In this document: positions 9,971 through 20,474 of the stretch, one piece after another
Position numbering within the stretch: the first letter of the stretch is position 1
Layout of the letters: every line of letters begins with the position of its first letter
Source: an uncultured delta proteobacterium
Lineage (GTDB): Bacteria > Desulfobacterota > Binatia > UBA9968
Assembly (NCBI GenBank): GCA_963771465.1
Contig: CAVYTU010000015.1
Coordinates: 288,001-352,000 of the forward strand
Length of the DNA: 64,000 bases
Direction of reading: 5' to 3'
Translations under genes and position numbers: made by a program
The notes under the pieces: model-generated
Seen by the model: the letters and a program-made list of their open reading frames with translations, nothing else
What the model was told of the DNA's origin: nothing
The model's database searches: none

Positions 9971-11332
9971 TTAGCGAGTAGCCAGCAGTTCGTCGTAAAC
10001 AGCGCAGAGCTCAGCACCGTACTGTTTGATCGACTTCGGTGGCCGAGCACGCTCTCGAAGTCTGGCGATAAGGCCCGGTTCAACAATCAAGCGTCGCAGA
10101 AGTGTGGCCAATGCACCCACGTCACCCATTGGAAACAAAAGTCCGTTCTCCTCGTGTGCGACCATTTCGGATAATCCTCCTACGTCCGCCACAATAACGG
10201 GACATTTAAACGCCTGGGCCGCGTAGACTACAAGCGGGCTATTCTCGTACCAAACCGAAGGAACCACCAGGACGTCCATCTCTGCAATAACACCGGCGAT
10301 TTCGCTGTTCGGAAATGTACCCAGGAATCGAATTCGAGGATCACTGCCCGATAGTTCGCGCAGTTTGGCGACATAATCGGGAAATTCTTCCAAGGAACCG
10401 TAAATCGTGAGCATTATCGGCTCGTCCTTCAAGCGCCTCACAGCCTCGATCAGGATATGAGCGCCTTTGTGATCGTAAAGCGTTCCGATAAAACCGACAC
10501 GCAAGGCATTTTTCGTAGATTCGAAGCGACGACCGGGCGATTCCCTATGAGAAGGTATATCGATACCATAGGGACAGAACCGTATTGTTTCAGGGTCTAA
10601 CCCGTATTCCACCAGCATTTTCTCCATGAGTTTCGTTGGAACCAATACTCGATCGAGCATATTCAATCTGCTTCGCAAATAATTGGGTCGATTTGCGAGC
10701 GCTTTTACCAGTCGAGGGTACGACCACGGGCCAAATATTCCCATACGACATCCCGCAATTATCGCTGCTAACGCAAAGTATGGGAGTTCCCTCACTCTGG
10801 ACGCGACATGGGGAGGCTGGGTCTGTTCCACCATGTGCCTTAGACAATTCACCCCTGTGCGATCCGGCCCGGCGCAAGGCGAATTGTCACTTAGCCGAAG
10901 TTGACTCATCGGGCACATAAACCAGAAGTCAGTCGCTGTGAAAACCATGGGAATCCCTTCCCCTCGACAAACGTCGATAAGGGATGCCGAAAGCCGTGCC
11001 AAGTGAAAGAAGTGCACGATCTGGGGGTGGAACCGACAGATTAGTTTCTTGAAACACGTCGCGGCGAAGCGGCTTTTGTATTCCGCCTCCATTATATTTG
11101 TCTGTCCACCAATCGCCACGTGAGCGTGATTGAATCGCACGACTTGGAGGCCCTCGTATTCATATTGTTCAATACGAGCGCTGTCCGGAAAGCTCTTCTT
11201 CGCCGGAGAGCCTGTGACAACAAGAACTTCGTGGCCCATATTTTTGAATTCCCGCGCCGTTGAGTAGGTGAGAATCTCGGTTCCTGCCAAGTGCTCAGGA
11301 AGAAACTGGTGTGCGGTGAGTAGGATCTTCAT
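9971..11332 (-). CDS. Glycosyltransferase family 4
   Basis: MKILLTAHQFLPEH..GTE start; DFWFMCP; PSVWYENSPLVV. Confidence 0.9.
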   Translation of the reverse strand: MKILLTAHQFLPEHLAGTEILTYSTAREFKNMGHEVLVVTGSPAKKSFPDSARIEQYEYEGLQVVRFNHAHVAIGGQTNIMEAEYKSRFAATCFKKLICRFHPQIVHFFHLARLSASLIDVCRGEGIPMVFTATDFWFMCPMSQLRLSDNSPCAGPDRTGVNCLRHMVEQTQPPHVASRVRELPYFALAAIIAGCRMGIFGPWSYPRLVKALANRPNYLRSRLNMLDRVLVPTKLMEKMLVEYGLDPETIRFCPYGIDIPSHRESPGRRFESTKNALRVGFIGTLYDHKGAHILIEAVRRLKDEPIMLTIYGSLEEFPDYVAKLRELSGSDPRIRFLGTFPNSEIAGVIAEMDVLVVPSVWYENSPLVVYAAQAFKCPVIVADVGGLSEMVAHEENGLLFPMGDVGALATLLRRLIVEPGLIARLRERARPPKSIKQYGAELCAVYDELLATR

Positions 11333-11549
11333 GCGTACACTTCTCTGCGGAACAATCGGACCGTTCTCCTGTCTGTTGAACAGCAGCGCAATCCCCCCTT
11401 CACAGGAGGCATTGTTCAACTCGGTTCTTTAGGACCCTACTCCAAGGCGTAACCGAGAACGTCTTCAACATACTACGGATTGTCCGATGATAGTGCGTAG
11501 ACCGAGACATGCGTCCGGCGAGACCAAAATCGTTGACAAAACGCCGTAA

Positions 11550-11815
11550 GGCTTCGGCATCTCCAGCCGGGTCTTGTTTCGTAACTTCATGTATGGGCCC
11601 AGGTTAGATGAAACACGACGTTGATCCCGGTTACAGCTTCCTTGACTAGGTAGGCTTGGTTTAAATCGCCCTTAATAAAATGCGCTTCAGACGGTAGGGG
11701 ATCGTACCGCCGTTCATTTAGATCAAGAACAACTGCGTCACAGTCGGCGTTCGACTACCTGATCCACCAAATGCTCGCCGATAAAACCATTGCCTCCGAT
11801 CACCAACACTCTCAT
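11550..11815 (-). pseudogene. Truncated, frameshifted NAD-dependent epimerase N-terminus
   Basis: Manual translation MRVLVIGGNGFIGEHLVDQVVE / ADCDAVVLDL..FIKGDLNQAYLVKEAVTGINVVFHL; not in the ORF track. Confidence 0.8.
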
Positions 11816-11827
11816 ATTAGACATTGC

Positions 11828-13061
11828 TCAGTTGTCCATCGCGAAGGTTCGATAGGCTACCTCCAACGTATCGACATAACGCTGGAAAGACCATCTTTCG
11901 CGCACGGTGACATTGGCTTGAGCGCTAACCCGGCACCTGAGAGAGTAATCCCGCACCAGCTTTAGGATCGCTTGAGCTAGGGCCTGTGGGTCGCCGGGAG
12001 GCACGAGCAGACCCGTCCGTTCGTGTTCAATTGCCTCTGGATTGCCCCCAGCGGATGTGGAAATGACGGGAATACCACAGGACATCGCTGAGAGCAGCGT
12101 TAATGCAAACGGTTCATCCCAGATGGAAGTAAACAAAAAAATGTCATGGTTGTAAAAAGCGTCGGCAAGTTGTGCGGCCGGTACAAACCCACAATAGCGG
12201 ATCCGATCATTAACCTGTAAATCTGTTGCTAACTGGATCAGATAATTCTTAAAATCTGGCGCTCCGTCACCATACAGGTCAATAACAAAGGTGGTTTCTG
12301 GTGCTAGCTCTTTTAATGCAGCTAAAGCATGGATGGCGATCTGTGCTCCCTTGCCCGCCCATAATTGGCTGGCGTACATAAGTCGTATAGGAGTGCCTAA
12401 CTCAATCTTTTGGTGATGATTGGGCTGGTAAGTTTCCACATCAATGCCCAAGTGGATTACCCGTAACTGCTCCGGCTTGACGCCGCTCTCGATATAAGCG
12501 TTCTTCAGAAAGTGTGAGTTGACAAAAATAGGAACATTTCGGGCCACGCCCCTAAAAATAGGCTGTACAAGAGATTGCAACAAGGCAATGGTTGACGTTT
12601 GCCTAGGTGGAGTATGCCAAAGACCTTGACCGGCAGTCCTCAAACCATAGATTAACCACTTGTCGTTGGCTTGCACCACTGCTTTAGATCTGGCCCGAGC
12701 AGCGGCAATCAATGGCGCCACCGAAATAAGCGAAAAATTGTCAACAATCGTTAAGTCGGGCCTCAGGTGATTTAGGATCCGGACTGCCGCCCGGTAAGTA
12801 GTTGAAATCGAAGATATGCCAACGCATGGACTCATAAAGTGACGGAGTACGTGTTCCTAGAAAACGTTCTCCCATGCGGTCGAGATCAAAGTTTATTGGG
12901 CTCAAATGGTATACATCCCGCGGCAAGTTCTGACCCCGGCCAGTCAGGACATAAACTTCGTGCCCTCGGGCCCGCAGCTCTAAGATTACATTTTGGGCAA
13001 GGATTTCATTGCCACCCATCATGTAAGGTGGATAGAGATTGATCAGCCACGCAATCTTCAT
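11828..13061 (-). pseudogene. Glycosyltransferase family 4 split by a +1 frameshift near 12805 (410 aa if joined)
   Basis: ORFs 12741..13061 (MKIAWLINLYPP..GG) and 11828..12835 (TSIWDEPFALTLLSAM) join in frame when one A is removed; may be a sequencing error. Confidence 0.82.
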
Positions 13062-16061
13062 CGCTTGGCCACACGATTAGCTACAAGTTGGCAGTATTGA
13101 CTTAATTTCTCCCCGATGATGGGCCATGCATAAACATTTTCGACGAACTGTCGAGCTTCAGCGGCTATGCTTTCAGCTAGCCGGGGCTTGGTTAATATTT
13201 CAATTACGCTCTCGGCGAATTGAGCCGGATTGTTAGCAACGAGAAGGTGTTTACCAGCTTGAGAATCTAGTCCTTCAGCTCCAATGGACGTTGAGACAAC
13301 GGGTCGCCCGGCCGCCATAGCCTCCAGAACTTTTAGCCGAGTGCCATGTCCAATTCGGAGTGGGACTGCAACTACATTGCTTTGGCTTAAATAGTCGCGC
13401 ATATCAGGGACGCTTCCAGTCACAATGATTTGATCGACGCGAGCGAGACGTTGGATTTTCTCAACTGGATTCTGCCCCACAATTAACAACTTGGTTTTGG
13501 GTAGATGACGCAAAATCAATGGGAACATTTTTTCGACAAACCACACTGCAGCATCAATATTAGCGTAATATGACATCGTCCCATTGAGTAATATGGTAGG
13601 GTCTTGGCTCGTCGGTAGTGGCGTACTTTGGAAATGCGAAATATCGACGCCATTGGGAATCACGGCTAAATCTAGTCTCGGATTTAGTTTCAAATAAGTC
13701 TGGCGTTCTATTTCGGAGACAACCACGCCCCTCTCAAAACGGCGCCATAGTTTGTTTTCGTAAAGTCTAAACCAAAGCCATTCTCTCAGCGCGTTTGCTT
13801 TTTCTTTTCCAAACGGAGCTCTTAAGAAAACATCGCGAAAATACAGATGATCTACTTTTTGACGCATTAAAATACATGGTCTCTGCGATAACGGCCAAGC
13901 ATAAGGAGCTAAAGGAGCCTCGTCAATAAGAATCAAATCTGGTGACTCTCTAGCAACCTTTTGCTGAAATTCTGCTACCGTCTGAGTTGTTGAAAAACCA
14001 GCTACCGCTGCCGGAACCCCTCTGATTATTTTTGACCGGTAGCTTTCTCGGCTGAAAGAGTGACCCAGCTCATATAGAGTAATCGAAGCCATGATGTCGC
14101 GTAAATGAGAAGGAATAGCCGGGGCTTCAAAGAAAGGAACATGGAGATGGACTTCATGATGTTGAGCGAGATAGCGGAGAAGATTATAGCTGCGGTTTTT
14201 ACCCCCACTGTCGGGAGGGTAGGGGATCGTCCAGGTTAGGCAAGCGATTTTCAAAGACGAGTCTGAAAGTCGATATTCTAATTTTTCCCCCGTCAACGTT
14301 TTAGCAAGCAGCTCGTAATCGAGAGACACAGCTTCCGGTGTGTTAAATGGCTCGCTGCCTAACCCGGGCATCTCACCAGGAATAAGGTCGGATCTTGGAG
14401 AATCAGAAGAGACCAGAGCCCTAAGTGCGCCTTTTACAAAACCGTAGGATTGGCGACGTCTCGTTCCGAGAGGAAGAAGCCGATCGCGTAAACCTTGATA
14501 TTTCGCAATCGACATCCATGCCAAGCTATTTTTAATTTCACGGAGCTCGAGCTGTAAGGAGGTTTTTTCACCCAGCTCCCATCGGAACGCACTCTCTAGC
14601 ACTTCAAACTTATTTTCAATTGTGGCAAGCCGTTCTTCTAAGCCCTGAATTTGACACTCCTTGAGAGTGACAGCTTGAGTTAAATTATTCGCGCGGGTCT
14701 CCAGATTCCCAATATGTGTTTCCTTGTCCGCTAAAAGCCTGCTGCAAATTCCTCGTATGAGCTTGCACATTGCTGATGTGATTCTCCAGATTGCCGATAT
14801 GTGTTTCTTTGTCCGCTACAACCTGCTCTAAATTGCTCGCATGAGCTTGCACATTGCTGATGTGAGTCTCCAGATTGCCGATATGTGTTTCTTTGTCCGC
14901 TACAACCTGCTCTAAATTGCTCGCATGAGCTTGCACATTGCCGATGTGAGTCTCCAGATTGCCAATATGGTTTCCCATCTTGCTGATGTGCGCTTCTTTG
15001 TCCGCTAAACCCTGCTGCAAACTTTGCGCGTGAGCCTCCACGTTACCGAGGTGATTCTCCAAATCACTAATGTGGATTCCCCTCTCAGTCGCGTGAGATG
15101 TCAGCGACTGCACTTTTTCAGAAAACGAGTCAACCACTCCGCCAATAACGAGAGCCTCCACTCTCGCCGGAGACCATAGTTTTTCCTGGAATCGTTCAAA
15201 ATTATCTGCTCCATCCGCCGCAAGCAGTAGTTGCTCGAAGATATTTGCCCTAAGATTTTTATCAATTCCCCGCTTCTCGCATTGTTCGTGAACAAGATAA
15301 ATCGTTTTATAAAAGAGATCAGATCGGTTGATCTTCATTAAATAGGGTTTCAGCTGGGTCTGAATGTATGCAATTTCCACTAAGCTGCGGTCAGGATTTT
15401 TATGGGTCACATTGCCGCCGTGAGCGCGATAATATGTCAATTTTTCCGGTAAAACGTGAAAATGACCTCCCGCGATTAGACATCTCACCCAAAATTCATA
15501 ATCTGCCGTATAGGGCAATCTAGGGTTGGTTACACCAACCCGGTCATGGAACGCCTTGCGAATCAACGCTGATGAGTGACAGAGGTGGTTTTGCCAGAGC
15601 CAACTATCGGGCCGGTTCAAATCGATCTCCTGGTTGAACCACATCTGATGCAATCCTTCATCCCCGACTATTTGTCCGCTTGCATCCACTTCATGTACGA
15701 GCGTGCTTAGAATATTAACGTCAGGATGCTCCTCAAGATATTTGACCTGCTTTTCAAGCTTGGTTGGCACAATGTAATCGTCGGAGTCCAGGCTGGTGAA
15801 GTATTTGCCGTGGCAGAGTTTGTAGGCCTCGGCATAAGCCACAGCTCCTCCTCGATTCGTCTCTGAAGTGATGAGAGTGATTCGGGGATCGGTGAAGGAG
15901 CGAATGACTTCTATGGAGTTATCGGTCGAGCCATCGTCGCTGACAATCAGTTCCCAGTTGTCATAAGTTTGGGCCAAGACTGAGCCGATGGTCTGCCCGA
16001 TGTAGTGGGCATAATTATAGGAGGTGACTACAATTGAAACCAGGGGGCTGTCCGAAGTCAT
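13058..16061 (-). pseudogene. GT2 - coiled coil - GT4 multidomain glycosyltransferase split by a +1 frameshift at about 14735 (1000 aa if joined)
   Basis: GT2 motifs VSIVVTSYN, DDGSTD, LDSDD; heptad array; GT4 motifs PYPPDSGG and GTRLKVLEAMAAG; an extra T in GCTTTTAGCG versus the paralogous repeat GGTTTAGCG. Confidence 0.85.
14680..15085 (-). repeat. Coding tandem repeat: 21-nt heptad units within an 84-nt higher-order repeat
   Basis: Near-identical 84-nt units start at 14757 and 14841, with a partial unit at 14925; encodes (HIGNLET HISNVQA HASNLEQ VVADKET)n. Confidence 0.95.
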
Positions 16062-16077
16062 ATTGAATTTGCTTTTT

Positions 16078-17289
16078 TCACACTCGCGCAGCCACATTTT
16101 CAAATCGCTTATTCACAGCCTTTGCACCTTCGAGGGCTACGCGAATAATTTCGCAGATCACGGCGATATCCGTCGGAGAAACGCTCATGCCCGTCGGCAA
16201 ACAAAGAACGCGCTCGGCGATCTTCTCTGTTTCGGGCAGCAGCAGCGTGGCCTGAGAATAGTACGAGCGATAAGGTTCCATTCGATGGCAGCCTGGATAA
16301 AAGTAACGCCGAGCCAAAACATTCTCCGCCCATAGCACTTGCATGAGCCGATCACGGCTGAGCTGTGTTGCCGCCTCGTCAATTTCCAAGGTGATGTATT
16401 GGTAGTTCCCTCGTTCCGTTTCGTTATGTGGAAAAAGGCGAATCCCTGGTAGGTCGGCCAGTTCGCGCTGGTAACATTTATAGTTGCGATAATTGCCGGC
16501 GATGAATTCCTCTAAACTCTCCAGCCCGGTCAATCCCATGGCTGCCGATATTTCGCTCATCTTGCCGTTTGTGCCCACGTAAACCACCTTGTCATAGCCT
16601 GCGAAGCCAAAGTTTCGCATCAAGCGAACGGTCGCTGCGAGGTTATCGTCATTAGTCACAATGGCTCCGCCTTCGAAGGTGTTCAAAAACTTGGTGGCAT
16701 GGAAGCTAAACACCTCGGCGTCGCCGAAATTACCGATCAGACGCCCTTCATATGAGCATCCAAACGCATGGGCCGCATCAAATAATAATTTGAGTTTGTG
16801 ACGGCGGGCGATATCCGTCAACGCCTTGACGTCACAGCTCTGTCCCCATAAATGCACGCCAATGATGCCACTCGTGCGCGGTGTGATCATTCGCTCTACT
16901 CTGGCGGGATCGAGAGTATGAGTTTGAGCGTCAATATCACAGAAGACAGGCGTAATTTGTTGCCATTGTAGAGCATGGGCCGTTGCAACAAAAGTGAAAG
17001 ATGGGACGATTACCTCACCCGCCAAGCCGCTAGCTCGAATGGCAATTTCCAGCGCGACCGTGCCGTTACAGATAGAAATGCAATGCCTGACTCCCAGTAC
17101 GTTCGCGACGCGATCCTCGAACTCTTGCTCAAACGGCCCCCCATTGGTGAGCCACTTGTTATCTAGCAGTTGGTTGATCCTTTTCAACAGATGCTCTCGA
17201 TTGCCGATATTAGGACGGCCCACGTGGAGCTTCTCTTTAAAGGCTGGTAGACCTCCACAAATGGCTAATTCATTCAGAGAGACTTTCAT
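16078..17289 (-). CDS. DegT/DnrJ/EryC1/StrS sugar aminotransferase (VioA-like, dTDP-4-amino-4,6-dideoxyglucose forming)
   Basis: NGTVAL, DAAHAFG, SFHATK (PLP lysine), NGKMSE and ARRYFYP motifs. Confidence 0.9.
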   Translation of the reverse strand: MKVSLNELAICGGLPAFKEKLHVGRPNIGNREHLLKRINQLLDNKWLTNGGPFEQEFEDRVANVLGVRHCISICNGTVALEIAIRASGLAGEVIVPSFTFVATAHALQWQQITPVFCDIDAQTHTLDPARVERMITPRTSGIIGVHLWGQSCDVKALTDIARRHKLKLLFDAAHAFGCSYEGRLIGNFGDAEVFSFHATKFLNTFEGGAIVTNDDNLAATVRLMRNFGFAGYDKVVYVGTNGKMSEISAAMGLTGLESLEEFIAGNYRNYKCYQRELADLPGIRLFPHNETERGNYQYITLEIDEAATQLSRDRLMQVLWAENVLARRYFYPGCHRMEPYRSYYSQATLLLPETEKIAERVLCLPTGMSVSPTDIAVICEIIRVALEGAKAVNKRFENVAARV

Positions 17290-17299
17290 GAGTACTCAA

Positions 17300-18235
17300 T
17301 TAAGTCTGAGCGAGAACAGCGTAACCAAAGCCCGACTTACCAAATCCATTGCCATTGTAGAAGAGATAATTTCGCCCATGATGTTCGTGCAGAAAACAGT
17401 ACTCGATCATTTCCGAGTCCCAGCCACTGTCTGATCTAGCGATTCCCACTTCGCTGTCTTTTCTCGTCCAATCGAGCCCATCGGTCGACTCAGCATAGCC
17501 GAGTCGATAACTCTGCTTTGGATCCGTACGATAGCTGATTGCGCTGCGATAGGAAAAAAACAACTTATACAAGCCATTGTCCAGATAAACACACGGGCGA
17601 CCAATACCGTCGGTAAAGGCATCATAATCTACGCAGACCCGTCCTGACTTTAGCCAATGAACGCCGTCCCCCGACTCGGCATACCTCACGTGGTAGAACG
17701 GTTCAGGCCACCCTTTGACGATTTCCCATTTGGTGCATGACACATACCACATTCGCCAGAGGTTCCGTTCCACCACCACACAGGGCGCTGTGTTAAAATA
17801 TGGCTCGTCTAATGCCCGATCACAGATTGGTCCCTCAGAATATTTGTGATAACTCCGTCCGTTATCTTCGCTAATCGCTAACCCGATTGACATCCGATAA
17901 GAAACGGTTACCTGGCGGTTCCAACCGATGTAGTACAGATATTTCCTATTGTTGTGGTTGACGATCCATGATGGCATCACGCCATCGTCATCGAAGGTAC
18001 CGAGCTTACCCAACGGTAGGACGGGTTTGTTGTGGGTGTACAGTATGTTTTGAGGATTATCAGGCTCAACCTCAATATACGCCGGTAATGAACGTCCCTG
18101 TTTATCCCGGGTACCGAAATAAATTCTCAACCGGTCATTGCCAACCTTGTCGGCAATCGGAATTGATGCATGCGAAATCATCCAGTCGAAATTGTTGTCA
18201 GGGGCAAAAATGAGACCCTTTTTGATCCACCTCAT
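17300..18235 (-). CDS. Five-bladed beta-propeller glycoside hydrolase-like protein (GH32/43/130 fold)
   Basis: Repeated Asp-box-like motifs (SEDNGRSY, SGDGVHW, STDGLDW); GTFDDDG; YNGNGFGKSGFG. Confidence 0.75.
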   Translation of the reverse strand: MRWIKKGLIFAPDNNFDWMISHASIPIADKVGNDRLRIYFGTRDKQGRSLPAYIEVEPDNPQNILYTHNKPVLPLGKLGTFDDDGVMPSWIVNHNNRKYLYYIGWNRQVTVSYRMSIGLAISEDNGRSYHKYSEGPICDRALDEPYFNTAPCVVVERNLWRMWYVSCTKWEIVKGWPEPFYHVRYAESGDGVHWLKSGRVCVDYDAFTDGIGRPCVYLDNGLYKLFFSYRSAISYRTDPKQSYRLGYAESTDGLDWTRKDSEVGIARSDSGWDSEMIEYCFLHEHHGRNYLFYNGNGFGKSGFGYAVLAQT

Positions 18236-18256
18236 CGAAGCTTCGCCTTAGTAGCT

Positions 18257-18919
18257 CTAAAAATCCAAATCGTTGCTCGACATTTTCCTTTTCTGAGCTG
18301 GAACTCCGTCGTAAACTCCCCAAGGTTCTGTATCTTTGGTAACGCACGCTCCCATCGCAATTAGGGAGCCTTCCGCAATACGAAGGCCGTCTCGGATAGT
18401 CGAGTTGACCCCAAAGAAAGAGTACGGTTCGACCATACAGTGTCCTGAAAGTACAACGTGAGAGGTGAAGAAAACGTGGTCTCTAATCACGCTATGATGC
18501 CCGATGTGATTGCCACTCCATAAAATCACATTGCTGCCAACAGATGTATATGGTTGGATAGTGTTATCTTCCAAAATAAAACAGTTGTCGCCAATTTTTG
18601 CGCCCGGAAAAACGCTTGCCTTCGAACTAACATAGCTAATCAGTTCGTAACCCTTGGCTTTCGCCTGCATATAAATGGACTCGCGGAGACGATTCATTTT
18701 CCGATGCGACATCGGCGCAAAAAATCTAAATTCAGGCGGCCTGTAAGTGGTCTCTATCTCTTCAAATGGAACAATCGGTAGGCCCTCAAAAATTCTCTCT
18801 TCAGGTAGATAATCTCGGGTAACAGTAAATGCCTCCACCTCGTACTCACTATCATGATTAAGATAGAAGTGAGCCAGAGAAGCAAAGTCTTGCGCGCCAA
18901 AAATTATGACCTTCGCCAT
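18257..18919 (-). CDS. NeuD/PglD/VioB-like hexapeptide-repeat sugar acetyltransferase
   Basis: N-terminal IIFGA Rossmann-like domain and left-handed beta-helix repeats (IGDNCFI, VGSNVIL, HIGHHSVI). Confidence 0.88.
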   Translation of the reverse strand: MAKVIIFGAQDFASLAHFYLNHDSEYEVEAFTVTRDYLPEERIFEGLPIVPFEEIETTYRPPEFRFFAPMSHRKMNRLRESIYMQAKAKGYELISYVSSKASVFPGAKIGDNCFILEDNTIQPYTSVGSNVILWSGNHIGHHSVIRDHVFFTSHVVLSGHCMVEPYSFFGVNSTIRDGLRIAEGSLIAMGACVTKDTEPWGVYDGVPAQKRKMSSNDLDF

Positions 18920-18931
18920 CCACTAAACCGT

Positions 18932-19567
18932 TTATTTGTATACGTATGTCGTATACTCATAGAGCCCGTAGTCGTTTCTTATGACAAAACTTCTGCTCAA
19001 TTCTTTGATTAGAAAATCAGCCAGGATATCTAAAGGAAGGTGGAATAAATCCTCTCGTTCCCAATCCACCTGCTTGGACATAACATTAAACGCCAGACCC
19101 ATACTGCTTTTATTGAATGCCGTCTTGAGCATCAGCTTGAAATAGCCAAGCATTTCATCGAAAGAAAGCTCCCTCTTTTCCGTGAAAACCCCGTTCATAA
19201 CTACATAATCAAAGCTTGGGAGCTGCCTGCTCTGGTCTAAAATGTCCAGGCAGTAATAGTTATTTTGGGGAAACTTGTTTTTCGACAATTGGATAAACTT
19301 CTCAGACAAATCGAGCCCCGTATAGATGATGCCACGAATATTTCGCTTCAGAATATATTCGTACAGATGAGACGCACCGCAGCCAAAGTCAAGGAGGCGA
19401 ACGTCATGGTCAGTATAGGGTTTGATGATTTCAAGCATAATTCGGTAGCGGGTCTCGGCGTCCTCTTTTTTGGGCCAGTCAACGCCCAAATAACTATCGC
19501 CGTTCTGTGCAAGACAATTTTCATAGTGGGATACGATGCTCAGGTATTTCTTATTCATTACGCTCAA
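18932..19567 (-). CDS. Class I SAM-dependent methyltransferase
   Basis: LLDFGCG, YTGLDLS and FDYVVMNGVF motifs. Confidence 0.88.
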   Translation of the reverse strand: MSVMNKKYLSIVSHYENCLAQNGDSYLGVDWPKKEDAETRYRIMLEIIKPYTDHDVRLLDFGCGASHLYEYILKRNIRGIIYTGLDLSEKFIQLSKNKFPQNNYYCLDILDQSRQLPSFDYVVMNGVFTEKRELSFDEMLGYFKLMLKTAFNKSSMGLAFNVMSKQVDWEREDLFHLPLDILADFLIKELSRSFVIRNDYGLYEYTTYVYK

Positions 19568-20474
19568 CTGAACTCGCCTTGTCGATAGGCCGGAAAATAT
19601 TTCGTGATGCCAAGACCGCTCGCTTTTAATATTTCCTCGTACCGCGCATGATTAAAAATGCGCCCACAGAAGTAAACGGTGCGCGTATCGGTAGACCAGC
19701 CGCGCTTAAAGCGACTCAAGCCATCCGTATTATCTCCTTTGACACCGGCCCCAGCGCCAAGGTCGAGCCAACGCAGCCCATTAGCAGCGAAATGCTCAAT
19801 GGCAAACGAAAACAAACCAAACGAAACCCGCAGCTCGTAGCCAAACTCACTATAAGCCCCTAAATGATAATAGCCGACATTCCCTTGGATGTACCATAAG
19901 AGCATTCCAACTGTAATCACCTTCATGTCTTGCTCGGAACGCTACAATACCAGGAACACACAGCTGCTTCGCAAATGAGTCTCGCGAAAATGCTGCGATG
20001 CCAGAGATTTGATGTCGCCGGATTAGATTCTTGTACAAGCCTACCCATTCGTCGAGATGAGCTGCAGGGTTGGCGCATCGTTCTACACGAACCCGCTGCG
20101 ACACTTTCTTGGTATTGCGACGGTGGTGATCACTGATAACGCTGTCTATAGGACGGCTTCAGATCAACAACGAAGTGTTCTTTGAAGGGCAATACTACGT
20201 CATTGAAGCATAGACGCAAATAATCCTCATCGTAATCACCAAACGGATCCGTGATTAAGGCTACACTGATCAATTCCTGCTTTATCTCATCCAAATCCAC
20301 GTGTAAACTCGACCAATCTCGACAGGCAAACAGTGGATAGGGGCCCATCGCGTCACGATCGGCAAACCCAGGAATCTGTCGCTCCAATATCCAACCTCGG
20401 CTACGAGGCAATTCACGGGGGCTGCCGAACTCTATCAGCGAATTTGTATAATTCGGATGTTGATAACCGTTCAC
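19564..20474 (-). pseudogene. GNAT/FemAB-like acyltransferase split by two +1 frameshifts (about 20158 and 19918; 302 aa if joined)
   Basis: Joined reading gives HFVVDL-SRPIDSVISDHHRRNTKK..YYHLGA..WLDLGAGAG..GLSRFKRGW. Confidence 0.78.

Noticed and set aside
14680-15085. The tandem repeats as a CRISPR array
   Set aside because: No unique spacers, the period is a multiple of 21 nt in a coding frame, and no cas genes are present
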